A stretch of 64,000 nucleotides of DNA, taken from the NCBI GenBank assembly GCA_018335035.1, contig JAGXKT010000001.1, positions 192,048 through 256,047 of the forward strand. The letters are read 5' to 3'. This document shows, one piece after another, positions 1 through 9,026 of this stretch. The position numbers and the translations under genes are program-made. The notes under the pieces are model-generated. The model saw only the letters and a list, made by a program, of their open reading frames with translations, was not told the origin of the DNA and did not search any database. This DNA is from Phycisphaerae bacterium (GTDB lineage: Bacteria; Planctomycetota; Phycisphaerae; SM23-33). The stretch's first letter is position 1; the number at the start of each line of letters is the position of its first letter.

Positions 1-12
1 CCGCGGTCGGGG

Positions 13-717
13 TCACAGCGGCTGCAGCGGATCTTCGCGTTCGAGGGCAGCGGCCTGAAGGCGTCTCGCCCGCAGCGACTGCGCCCAGAGCAGGTACACG
101 CACCACAGCCCGGCCGGTATGAGCGTCAGCACCAGCAGCAGTGTGGAGGAGCTGCCCGACGCGCTGCCCGCCCAGGCCAGCAGAAAGCCCATCGGCACCG
201 CTCCGACGGCCAGGGCCAACATGAAACGTGCCGGCGACATCTTCGCAAGGCCGGCCATGAACGTCAGAACTTCCGGCACGACCGGCATGGCACGCGAGGC
301 GATGATTCCGCCGACGCCCCATGTGTCGAAAAACTGGCGAAGATCGGCCATCTCCTCTTCACCGGCCAGGAGTCGCGCCGCCTTATGCCCCGCCAGACGC
401 GCCAAGCCGTAGGCCGTGAGACCCGCAAGGAAGGACCCGACCGCCCCGATCACGCCGCCCCAGAAGGTGCCGTAGATGACCCCGGCCGTCGCCACCACCG
501 GCGAGGCCGGAATCGGCAGGAACAGGTCGCCGATCAGCAGGCCGATGGCGATGGACCAGGCGTACGGCTTCGCGGAAGCGACCCACGCAGCAAATTCCGG
601 CGACTGGAAGTACGCGTCCATCGGCTCGTGCCAGAGCACGTAGGGCACGAGGATCAGGACGACGATTCCGGCCACGATGAGGGCCAGCTTGACATGCATG
701 GATTGTCTGCCGGTCAT
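13..717 (-). CDS. DedA/VTT-domain (SNARE-associated) inner membrane protein
   Basis: Tool ORF 13..1107(-). The C-terminal ~230 aa are hydrophobic with a DedA-like G..P..P...G / F..GRF pattern. The N-terminal 130 aa of the ORF are Arg/Ser-rich and overlap the gmhB-like gene on the other strand. An internal ATG at 715-717 (or 697-699) is therefore more plausible. Confidence 0.55.
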   Translation of the reverse strand: MTGRQSMHVKLALIVAGIVVLILVPYVLWHEPMDAYFQSPEFAAWVASAKPYAWSIAIGLLIGDLFLPIPASPVVATAGVIYGTFWGGVIGAVGSFLAGLTAYGLARLAGHKAARLLAGEEEMADLRQFFDTWGVGGIIASRAMPVVPEVLTFMAGLAKMSPARFMLALAVGAVPMGFLLAWAGSASGSSSTLLLVLTLIPAGLWCVYLLWAQSLRARRLQAAALEREDPLQPL

Positions 718-928
718 GAGCGAGAGGATACCATTGCCCCGTGCGCCGTTCCAAGCGGACCGGAGCGGCGGACGCCGGCCGCTGTAGCATGGTAAATCAT
801 CGGTCCCATTTGCTGCAAAACGCGGGGCGCCGGCGTTGTCGTTCGCGCTGCAGCCGGTGCGGCGGCCAGATGTTGTCAGTCTCAATCGGTGCCCGTAGAA
901 TCCTCGCCCCGGCGTAAGGAGCACTGAC

Positions 929-1465
929 GTGCCGAAGGCCGTATTCCTGGACCGTGACGGAACCGTCATCGAGGACCGCGGGCACCTGCGCGACGCGTCC
1001 GAGGTCGTCTTCCTGCCGAGCGCGTTCGACGCGCTGCGGCGCTTGCAGGAGCGGTTCCTCCTGTTCCTCGTCACGAACCAGTCGGGTATCGCCGACGGGG
1101 CGATCACGCGTCAGGACGCCGACAAGGTAAACGCGCATGTAGTGGCGGAACTGGCCCGCGCGGGCGTCCATATCACTGACATATACGTCTGCCCTCACCG
1201 GCGGCAGGACGGCTGCTGCTGCATCAAGCCCAACCCACACTTCCTGCGCGACGCCGCGACGCGATACGGGGTGGACCTCGCCCGGTCGTTCACCGTCGGG
1301 GACCACCCGCACGACGTGGAGCTGGCGCGCGGCGTCGGGGCCCGGGGCATTTACGTTCTGACCGGGCACGGGGAGAAGCACCTGCCCGACCTTGCGGCCG
1401 ACGCGGCGATCGCCGAGGACATCGGCGAAGCGGCCGAACGCATCCTGACGCTCACGCACTCCTAG
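929..1465 (+). CDS. gmhB: HAD-IIIA phosphatase, D-glycero-D-manno-heptose-1,7-bisphosphate phosphatase (GmhB)-like
   Basis: Translation carries HAD motif I FLDRDGT and motif II VTNQSG. It also has the GmhB-type zinc loop CPH.....CCCIKP. Confidence 0.55.
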   Translation: MPKAVFLDRDGTVIEDRGHLRDASEVVFLPSAFDALRRLQERFLLFLVTNQSGIADGAITRQDADKVNAHVVAELARAGVHITDIYVCPHRRQDGCCCIKPNPHFLRDAATRYGVDLARSFTVGDHPHDVELARGVGARGIYVLTGHGEKHLPDLAADAAIAEDIGEAAERILTLTHS

Positions 1466-1687
1466 GACGCAACCGGCAGGTCCGGCGCGCCGCCTCCGCC
1501 GGGCCGGCTTTGCGCGCCGCCGCGGCTGCGGTCCAGTCCAGGCGGGGACCGTTTCACGCCTGCTGTCTTCCAGTGGCTGACCGCGCCGTCGAAGCTTCGG
1601 CCTGCGGGCAGCATGTGCGCGAGCGCCTATACTTCCGTACCGGAAACGGGCGGCTTGATTCGCGTGATCGAACGAAGGAGACCGACT

Positions 1688-2323
1688 ATGTCCATCACGA
1701 AATTCACGATCGCGGCGATGGGTGTCTGCGGACTGTTGGCGCTGCTGCCGGGCGCCGTCCACGCCGACGAAGACGAGGAGACAGAGGACTTGCCCTTCGA
1801 GGACCTGCATGTGGCGCTGGTGACCGGTGAGGGCTTCCAGAGCGCTGAGGCGATGATGCCGCTGGCGTTTCTGACCAACCGCGGCGCAAAGGTCACGGTC
1901 GTCGGCGTCGAGCCCGGAAAGGTCAAGGCCTACGACAACGACGTACACCTGCTGGTCCACGTCGCCGCCCGCGAGGCGGACGCCGACGAATTCGACGCGC
2001 TGGTTCTGCCCGGCGGGCACGCCCCCAGCGTGATTCGCGGCAACGAAGCCGTCGTGGACTTCGTCCGCCGGATGTACGAGGCGGGCAAGCCCGTCGCGGC
2101 GATCTGTCACGGGCCGCAAGTGCTGATCACCGCCGGCGTAGTCGCCGACCGAACCATGACCTGCTACGCGGACGTGGCCGAGGAGTTGACGGCGGCCGGC
2201 GCGACGTACGAGGACAAGCCGGTTGTCCGCGACGGAGACATGATCACCTCGCGCCTGCCCAAGGATATCCCGCAGTGGCTGGCGGCGATGGAGACGCTGT
2301 TCGCCGAGCACCATGAGGACTGA
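1688..2323 (+). CDS. DJ-1/PfpI family protein (class I glutamine amidotransferase-like), secreted
   Basis: The AICHGP nucleophile-elbow motif is present. The N-terminus reads as a signal peptide (MSITKFTIAAMGVCGLLALLPGAVHA). An internal ATG at 1688 is preceded by GAAGGAGA. The tool ORF starts earlier, at 1613. Confidence 0.65.
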   Translation: MSITKFTIAAMGVCGLLALLPGAVHADEDEETEDLPFEDLHVALVTGEGFQSAEAMMPLAFLTNRGAKVTVVGVEPGKVKAYDNDVHLLVHVAAREADADEFDALVLPGGHAPSVIRGNEAVVDFVRRMYEAGKPVAAICHGPQVLITAGVVADRTMTCYADVAEELTAAGATYEDKPVVRDGDMITSRLPKDIPQWLAAMETLFAEHHED

Positions 2324-2699
2324 CCATCGCTCGCGGCGATGGCGTACGTGGGGTGGTCAGCAATCCGGTTACCCGCCGGCAGTGGCGGGCGGACGCTGTC
2401 GGCGGGACATGCGATGTCGTCGGCGGGCGGCTGGGCCTGGGGGGATGGAATACAGCATGGCCGGCGATGATCCCTTCTCAAGCTAGAAATGCACCGACGC
2501 GGGAAGAAGTCCCTCGGCTGCCGGGCAAGGCCGCCGCGATGCGCGTTCTGGCCGACCTGCAAGCCGAGCACGAGAAGGTCCGCGCCGGTGTCATGTCGGT
2601 CGACGAAATGAAGACAAGCCACCATGCCGGCCGACGGTTCGCCGACCACCTGAAAGCTATCTTGAGCACCTGAACCACAAGCGGATTCGCGGCCGGAAG

Positions 2700-3120
2700 G
2701 TGTCGGCCCACTACCGCCGCAACGTCAAATCGCGGCTGGACCGGCTGATCGAAGACCTTGAGCTTCGCAAGCTGTCCGCCCTGACGGCCGAGAAGATGAA
2801 CCGATGGCTTGCTCAGGCCGAAGCCGCCGACGATCCGCGTCTTCGACTGCGACCTTCGGGCCGCTGGCATTGCCCGGCTGGACGAAGAAGGCAACATCGT
2901 CAAGACCGACCGACGCGGGCGGACGGTGGACCTGCACGCCTTGCGGCACACGTTCGGAATGCACCTGAGCAAGGCGGGCGTGTCGCCCAGGACCGCCCAA
3001 GCGGCCATGCGGCATTCGCGTATCGACCTGACGATGAACGTCTACACCGACCCGCAGCTTCTGGACGTATCCGGGGCCGTGGCGTCGCTGCCTGATTTCA
3101 CGAAGGCCCCGAAGACGAAT
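2700..3120 (+). pseudogene. Tyrosine-type site-specific integrase, frameshifted/truncated remnant
   Basis: Frame A (2700-2830) encodes an N-terminal SAM-like segment (RRNVKSRLDRLIEDLELRKLSALTAEKMNRWL). Frame B (2809-3120) encodes the C-terminal catalytic half with K, HALRHTF, RHSRIDL and the NVYTD tyrosine. No single frame gives a complete ~350-400 aa integrase. The 3' end runs into tRNA-Gly. Confidence 0.5.
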
Positions 3121-3344
3121 CGCGGCCGGCAGGCGAAGACCGGCATCTTCGACGCGCCGCAGGCCCCGAGTCTGCTTGTACCAAATCTTGCCCCAAATCT
3201 TGCACCGAAGCGCGTCCACGACGGGCGAGAGCGTCAAGCGGTGTCAAAGCCGCAAGGCCACAAGCCGAGAGAGCCCCGCACGCAAACCCCTGCCAATGCT
3301 AAAGAAAGACGGCCCCGGTCACGTTCTGACAAGGGCCGTCAAAA

Positions 3345-3416
3345 AGCGGGCGATGAGATTCGAACTCACGACATTCACGTTGGCAACGTGACGCTCTACC
3401 ACTGAGCTACGCCCGC
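3345..3416 (-). tRNA. tRNA-Gly (anticodon GCC)
   Basis: The reverse complement reads GCGGGCGTAGCTCAGTGGTAGAGCG...TCACG-TTGCCAA-CGTGA...GGTTCGAATCTCATCGCCCGC. This gives a cloverleaf with a GCC anticodon and discriminator U. CCA is not encoded. Confidence 0.85.
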
Positions 3417-3651
3417 GTATTCGTTTGTCCGCCCGGGCGGGCCGAGCGGTTCTTTTAGCATACCGATTCGCCCTCGCGCGTCAAGCGGTTTTGCTCTGTC
3501 GTGCGGTTGTCGCCGGCGCGGGGGCGGGGTCTGTGCGCGGCGCAGCATCCACCCATACGCACAGCGCGCGGCGGGCTGTGCGCGACACGGCGCTTCTCTG
3601 TGTGCCGCGGCGCCGCTTGCGTGACGCGGCCGGGGGCGATACCCTGCCGCC

Positions 3652-4707
3652 ATGCTGGCCGACATCATCCCGGAAGCGTTTTTTCACGACATCGGCGCGG
3701 AGGCGTGGTTGTGGCTTCTGGCCGTCGGGGCGATCGTGCTGATGGTGGTGGGGGCCGATCGCGCCGTGAGCGGCGCGGCGCGACTGGCGACGGCTCTGGG
3801 CATGTCCACCGTTCTGATCGGGGCGACGGTCGTCAGTTTGGGCACAACGTCGCCGGAGGCGGCCGTGTCGGTCAGCGCCGCGCTGCGGGGCGATGCGGGG
3901 TTGGCGCTGGGCAACGGCGTCGGCTCGATCATCTGCGATACGGCGCTGGTGTTCGGGCTGGGCTGTCTGCTGGTGCGGCTGCCACTGGATCGCTTCGTGC
4001 TGCGGCGGCACGGCGTGTTGTACCTGGCCGTCGGGACGATGCTCACGGCCGTCGTTATCGGCCAGGCGTTGGTCAAGACGGACGCCACGGCCGCGCGCAT
4101 CCCGCAGTGGATCGGCTTCGTGTTTGTCGCGCTGTTGGCGATCTACATGTACCTGTCCGTGCGTTGGGCGCGGCAGCATCCGTCGATGATTCCTGACGAG
4201 GCGAAGGTCGCCGTCTCGCGGCGGCACACGGTGCGGGTCGCGCTGGTAAGTTTCGCGTTCGTCGTGGTCGGGCTGGGGCTGGTCGTGTTCGGCGCGGACG
4301 TGTTGATCGGCTCGGTCAAGGAGCTGGCGACGCGCTACGAGGTGCCGCAGGACGTCCTGGCCGTGACGATGGTGGCGCTGGGCACGTCGCTTCCGGAGTT
4401 GGCGACGGCGATCGCGGCGATCGTCAAAGGGCACCCCGAGTTGCTGATCGGCAACGTCATCGGCGCCGACATCCTCAACGTGCTGTTTGTCATCGGCGTA
4501 TCGGCCGCGGCGACGCCGGCCGGGCTCGACGTGCCGGAGACGTTCGTGCACCTTCATGTTCCCGTTATGATGGGCGCGCTGGTGCTGATGGGCGCGTATA
4601 TCTTCACCGGCGGGCGGCGCTTTCATCGCTGGCAGGGCGTGCCGCTTCTGTGCCTCTACGGCGGTTACTACGTGGCGTTGGTGCTTCTGTTTGGAGTTCG
4701 GCATTGA
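3652..4707 (+). CDS. Ca2+/cation antiporter (CaCA family, YrbG-like sodium/calcium exchanger)
   Basis: Two alpha-repeat signatures are present (GTTSPEAAVS and GTSLPELATAI). The protein has about 10 predicted transmembrane helices. Confidence 0.8.
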   Translation: MLADIIPEAFFHDIGAEAWLWLLAVGAIVLMVVGADRAVSGAARLATALGMSTVLIGATVVSLGTTSPEAAVSVSAALRGDAGLALGNGVGSIICDTALVFGLGCLLVRLPLDRFVLRRHGVLYLAVGTMLTAVVIGQALVKTDATAARIPQWIGFVFVALLAIYMYLSVRWARQHPSMIPDEAKVAVSRRHTVRVALVSFAFVVVGLGLVVFGADVLIGSVKELATRYEVPQDVLAVTMVALGTSLPELATAIAAIVKGHPELLIGNVIGADILNVLFVIGVSAAATPAGLDVPETFVHLHVPVMMGALVLMGAYIFTGGRRFHRWQGVPLLCLYGGYYVALVLLFGVRH

Positions 4708-4753
4708 GCGCCCGCGCGCGGTACAATGCCCCGGCCCAAATGAGGGTTTTGCC

Positions 4754-5878
4754 ATGAATGTCTGCACAGGCATCTTCGCGGGGGTCTGCGTGATGGTCGC
4801 GGCGAGTGCGCCGGCGGCGGACGGTGCAGACACCGACGCCGCGCCCGGGCGGATCGACCTGCCTCACGCCGGCATCTCGCTGGCGCTGCCGGACGGATAC
4901 ACGCTGGAGGCCGCACCGGAAGCGTCCGTGCTGCTGCGTGGTGTGCCGGCGGCGCCGAGCGGCGCGCCTGTGAGCGTGTCGCTGTCGGCCGTGTTGACGA
5001 ACGAGGAGACCACCGCCGGGGCGTGCGCCGAGAGGATGTATGCCGAACTGAGCGAGAACATCGACTTTCGCGAGTTGGAACGCCTCAAGCGGCTCGATGC
5101 GCGGATCGCCGGATCGCCGGGCGTGATGGAGGTGCTCTCGTACGTGACGAGCGGCGAGGCGACGGTGGCGCTGCGCGGGCTGTGGCTGCGGGATGTGCCC
5201 GGGGGCGAGAAGCTCTGCTACGTGCTGTCGGCGGAGACGTCCGAAGAGAACCGCGGCGCCCTGACGGCGGTGTTCCGTTCCGTACTGGCTTCGCTGAAGG
5301 TGACGGAGATCCGCTCGCCGGCGGCGCTGCCCGTCCGCCCATGGGACGCGTCGGTGACGGACGTCGCGGCCGGCTATCGTCTGGCCGTGCCGCTGGGCTG
5401 GTACGTGGCGAAGCGGTTCGACGGGACGGTGCTCGCCCAGTCGGACTACCGTGCCGGCGGAGCGCCGGGGCGGCGGGCGAGCGTGAGCGTCACGGTTGCC
5501 GATGCCGAGCAGACGCCCCGAGCGTTTCTCGATTTCTGCCAGCGTCGGTCCAAGCAACTTCACAGCACCGAGCCGGAGACGGTTTCGACGACCGACGCCG
5601 AACTGGGCGGGCGTGCGGCGGTGCAGCGGGTCTTGCTGCCGGCGGCGGGCGAGGCGTCCGGCGCCGCATCGTCCGCGACGCCTTCGATCGTCGTCCATCG
5701 CGCGGCCATTGTTGCTCGGGGCGGCCAGCCACGGGCTTACTCGCTTCTGGTGATGGTTCGTACGGATGACGCGTCCGTCGCTGAGCGCGTGGCCGAGCAG
5801 GTAGCCGAGGGGTTCGCCTTCCTCGAAACGGCGGCGACACAGCCAGACGAGGACGGAGGGCCGAGGGCAGAGGACTGA
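4754..5878 (+). CDS. Hypothetical secreted protein
   Basis: Signal peptide MNVCTGIFAGVCVMVAASAPA. No recognisable domain. The ATG at 4754 lies after the antiporter stop. Confidence 0.45.
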   Translation: MNVCTGIFAGVCVMVAASAPAADGADTDAAPGRIDLPHAGISLALPDGYTLEAAPEASVLLRGVPAAPSGAPVSVSLSAVLTNEETTAGACAERMYAELSENIDFRELERLKRLDARIAGSPGVMEVLSYVTSGEATVALRGLWLRDVPGGEKLCYVLSAETSEENRGALTAVFRSVLASLKVTEIRSPAALPVRPWDASVTDVAAGYRLAVPLGWYVAKRFDGTVLAQSDYRAGGAPGRRASVSVTVADAEQTPRAFLDFCQRRSKQLHSTEPETVSTTDAELGGRAAVQRVLLPAAGEASGAASSATPSIVVHRAAIVARGGQPRAYSLLVMVRTDDASVAERVAEQVAEGFAFLETAATQPDEDGGPRAED

Positions 5879-5931
5879 GCGTGCGAAAGCGAGGCCGGCT
5901 GCGGGGCGGGTCGACGTGCGGCGCGGAAGCG

Positions 5932-6996
5932 ATGGGCATCAAAATCAACGACATCACCCAGGGCGATTGCGTCAAGCTGCTGGAAGGGCTCGATGAGCCG
6001 ATCGCGGATCTGATCTTCGCCGACCCGCCGTTCAACATCGGCTACAAGTACGACGTGTACGAGGACCGCAAGGCCTACGACGAGTACCACGCCTGGACCG
6101 AGCGGTGGATGCGGGCCTGCGTGGAGCGGGCCCTCAAGCGGACCGGCTCGATGTGGGTGGCGATCGGCGACGAGTACGCGGCCGAGGTCAAGCTCATCGG
6201 CGACAAGCTCGGCCTGCACCTGCGGAACTGGGTGATCTGGCATTACACGTTCGGGCAGAACACGCGTAAGAAATTCGCCCGCTCGCACGCGCACCTGTTC
6301 TACTGGGTGCGCGACCCGGCCGCGTTCACGTTCAACGACAAGGCGGTGCGCGTGTTTTCGGACCGGCAGCGGGAGTATCACGACCGCCGAGCCAGCCGGG
6401 CGGGGAAAATTCCGGACGACAGTTGGTGGGAGTTCCCGCGCGTCTGCGGGACGTTCGACGAGCGCGTGCAGTTTCATCCGTGCCAGATGCCCGAATCCGT
6501 CCTGTCGCGGATCATCCGCGCGTCCAGCAGTTGTGGCGACGTGGTGTTCGATCCGTTTGCCGGTTCGGGCACGACGCTGGCGGCCGCCAAACGCCTTGGG
6601 CGCGACTGGGCGGGCACGGAACTCAGCGCCGAGTACGTTCGCGGCGCTCGGCGGCGACTGCAGGAGGTTGAGCCCCTTGCGGCGACCGGCGCGCCGGCGT
6701 GGACTGAGCCGCATGTACGCGAGCTCCAGTGGCTCTACGCCGAGGCCGGCGTGCGCACGGATTTGCTGTACGAGCATCCCCATTTGCTGGAGAGCTTCAC
6801 GGACATGTTCAACTGGCGACTGGCCAACGCCGGGGTTGATGATCGCTACGGCCCGCAGGACGTCTGGGACCGGCTGGAGACGTTGCGGAAGGAGGCGCGG
6901 CTGGCGCGGATTCGCGTGCACGCGGCCGAACCGACGACAGGCCCGCCGCGGACGTTGCGCGAGCCGTTGTTTGCGACGATCCGCGCCGAACGCTGA
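5932..6996 (+). CDS. DNA methyltransferase, beta-class amino-MTase (N6-adenine or N4-cytosine), CcrM/M.HinfI-like, apparently orphan
   Basis: Motif IV IFADPPFN precedes motif I FDPFAGSGTTLAAAKRLGR, which is the beta-class order. A ~110 aa C-terminal extension has no recognisable similarity. No endonuclease-like gene lies adjacent. Confidence 0.8.
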   Translation: MGIKINDITQGDCVKLLEGLDEPIADLIFADPPFNIGYKYDVYEDRKAYDEYHAWTERWMRACVERALKRTGSMWVAIGDEYAAEVKLIGDKLGLHLRNWVIWHYTFGQNTRKKFARSHAHLFYWVRDPAAFTFNDKAVRVFSDRQREYHDRRASRAGKIPDDSWWEFPRVCGTFDERVQFHPCQMPESVLSRIIRASSSCGDVVFDPFAGSGTTLAAAKRLGRDWAGTELSAEYVRGARRRLQEVEPLAATGAPAWTEPHVRELQWLYAEAGVRTDLLYEHPHLLESFTDMFNWRLANAGVDDRYGPQDVWDRLETLRKEARLARIRVHAAEPTTGPPRTLREPLFATIRAER

Positions 6997-7091
6997 GGGA
7001 GCAGGGGCGAGACGTCGAAGACCTCGTACGAGTCGTATGACCGTATGGGCCCCTGCCACATGCCACGAGGGGCTGCCGGCGTAAGGGGCGA

Positions 7092-7706
7092 CTACTTGTT
7101 TCCGTCGGCGGGAAGATCGACGGTGCAGACCTTCTGGGCGGTGTGCGTCTTGCCGGTGAGGTAGTCGACGAATTCCACGCGGACGGTGATCTCGTCGTGC
7201 GCGGGGCGCTCGTCCCACGGGCAAACGAAGCTGAAGTGGTACGTCATGAAGCCGCTGGACCACTGCGCGGAGAGTTCGTCGACGGACCAGCGATAGGTGC
7301 CGATCCGCTGGTCACCTTCGTCGGCGGCCAGGTCGTACAGCTCCACGGCGACGTCGCCGGCGGCCTTGATCGTGCTGCCGTCGGCGTCGTGGGGGCGGAG
7401 GAAGACCTTGATCGCGTCGTGCCCGGGCGCGTCGTCGGTGTCGACGCCGCCGGTGTAGCGGCCCAGCGTGATCCGGGTGACGTGGAAGAGCTTGTTGAGG
7501 CGTTTGTCGCCGAGGCGCAGCAGTGTGTCGATCCGCTCTCGCTTGGCGACGAGGTCGCGCCGGAGCCCCCGGTTGGTCTCGCGGAGGGTCGCCAGATCCG
7601 TCCGTAGCGAGGCGATCTGCTCGTCGGCCGAGGCGGGCCCATTGGTGGCCGAAACGCCCGGCTCGCAGCCGCCGGCGGCAAGCAGGGCGGACAGCAGTGC
7701 CGTCAT
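7092..7706 (-). CDS. Hypothetical lipoprotein with coiled-coil segment
   Basis: The internal start gives MTALLSALLAAGGC (lipobox-like LAAGGC), then a heptad-rich segment and a C-terminal globular part. Confidence 0.4.
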   Translation of the reverse strand: MTALLSALLAAGGCEPGVSATNGPASADEQIASLRTDLATLRETNRGLRRDLVAKRERIDTLLRLGDKRLNKLFHVTRITLGRYTGGVDTDDAPGHDAIKVFLRPHDADGSTIKAAGDVAVELYDLAADEGDQRIGTYRWSVDELSAQWSSGFMTYHFSFVCPWDERPAHDEITVRVEFVDYLTGKTHTAQKVCTVDLPADGNK

Positions 7707-7720
7707 TCCGGCGGTGCGTG

Positions 7721-8344
7721 TCACGTATCGCCTTTCGCCTCGTCCGGCTCGGGCATGCGCTCGAGGATTTGGTCGACGCAGCCGTATTCGACGGCTTCGT
7801 GGGCTTCGAGCCACTTGTTGCGGTCGCAGTCGCGTTCGATCTGCTCGGCACTTTGTCCGGTGTGGTCGGCGAGGATCTTGTAGATGCGCTTGCGGAGGCG
7901 GAGGATCTCCCGCGCCTCGATGTCCAGCTCGGTCGCCGGTCCGGTCAGCACGCCGCGGATCAGCGGCTGGTGGATCAGCACGCGGCTGTTGGGCAGCGTG
8001 TAGCGTTTCTTCTCGCTGCCGCCCGCCAGCAGCAGCGCGCCCATCGACGCGGCCATGCCGACGCAGTACGTCGCCACGGCGGGGCGGACAAACTGCATGG
8101 TGTCGTAGATCGCCAGCCCGGCCGAGACGCTGCCGCCCGGCGAGTTGATGTACAGGTGCACGTCAGCGTTGGGGTCCTCGTTCGACAAGAACAGCAGTTG
8201 TGCGGTAACGACGTTGGCCACGTCGTCGTCGATCTGCCCGCCGATGAACACGATCCGGTCGCGCAGCAGGCGACTGTAGATGTCATAGCTGCGTTCACCG
8301 CGTCCGGTCTGCTCGACGACGATCGGTATCAGGTGTCCACTCAT
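7721..8344 (-). CDS. clpP: ATP-dependent Clp protease proteolytic subunit ClpP (paralog 2)
   Basis: Full-length ClpP similarity, including YINSPGGSV and the catalytic Ser/His/Asp context. Confidence 0.9.
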   Translation of the reverse strand: MSGHLIPIVVEQTGRGERSYDIYSRLLRDRIVFIGGQIDDDVANVVTAQLLFLSNEDPNADVHLYINSPGGSVSAGLAIYDTMQFVRPAVATYCVGMAASMGALLLAGGSEKKRYTLPNSRVLIHQPLIRGVLTGPATELDIEAREILRLRKRIYKILADHTGQSAEQIERDCDRNKWLEAHEAVEYGCVDQILERMPEPDEAKGDT

Positions 8345-8372
8345 CGCGCTGGGGTCCTTCCGTCCGGCGAAC

Positions 8373-8993
8373 TCACGAGCCGGTCTTTTTCTTCTTCTTA
8401 CCGCCGGTCGCCTCGAGAATCTCGTCGATGATACCGTATTCCTTCGCCTCGGCGGGCGTCATGTAGCGGTCGCGCTCGGTCTCGGACTCGATCTGCGCCA
8501 CATCGCGCCCGGTGTGCTTGGCCAGCAGCTCATTGAGCATCCGCTTGGCCTTGAGGATTTCCTCGGCCTGGATCTCGATGTCGGCCGCTTGACCCGTCAC
8601 GCCGCCCCAGGGCTGGTGGATCATGATCTTCGAGTGGGGCAGGGCGTGACGTTTGCCCTTTGTTCCGGCCGCGAGGATCATCGCGCTGCCGCTGGCGGCC
8701 TGTCCGACGCAGTACGTAGCGACGTCGCACTGGAGGAACTGCAGCGTGTCGTAGATCGCCAGCGTGTCATCGACGGACCCGCCGGGAGAGTTGATGTACA
8801 AGCTGATCTCGCGGTCGGGGCTCTTGGCCTGAAGCTCCAGCAGCCGCATGATCAGCCCGCCGGCGTTGTTCGGGGCGATTTCGCCCCAGAGGAACACGAT
8901 CCGCTCCTCGGCGAGCCGCTCCTCGAGGGTCATTTCACGGCGGCCCTGATACTCGCGGTACGCCGCGTGCGTTTGCGGGGACGATGCACTCAT
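8373..8993 (-). CDS. clpP: ATP-dependent Clp protease proteolytic subunit ClpP (paralog 1)
   Basis: ClpP signature YINSPGGSV is present. The start is placed at the ATG 8 nt downstream of an AGGAG sequence on the minus strand. Confidence 0.85.
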   Translation of the reverse strand: MSASSPQTHAAYREYQGRREMTLEERLAEERIVFLWGEIAPNNAGGLIMRLLELQAKSPDREISLYINSPGGSVDDTLAIYDTLQFLQCDVATYCVGQAASGSAMILAAGTKGKRHALPHSKIMIHQPWGGVTGQAADIEIQAEEILKAKRMLNELLAKHTGRDVAQIESETERDRYMTPAEAKEYGIIDEILEATGGKKKKKTGS

Positions 8994-9026
8994 CCGCATG
9001 GCTCCTGCTTGCGCGCTATGGCGCAC

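Noticed and set aside
2353-2673. 106-aa ORF upstream of the integrase fragments as an intact excisionase/regulator
   Set aside because: The translation is low-complexity (Gly/Arg-rich) at the N-terminus, with only a short plausible helical segment. It is more likely another decayed piece of the same integrase region.
1-3340. Assigning DedA/GmhB-like/DJ-1 as definite island cargo
   Set aside because: I have no composition statistics and no att repeat boundary. This is kept only as a possibility inside the integrase finding.
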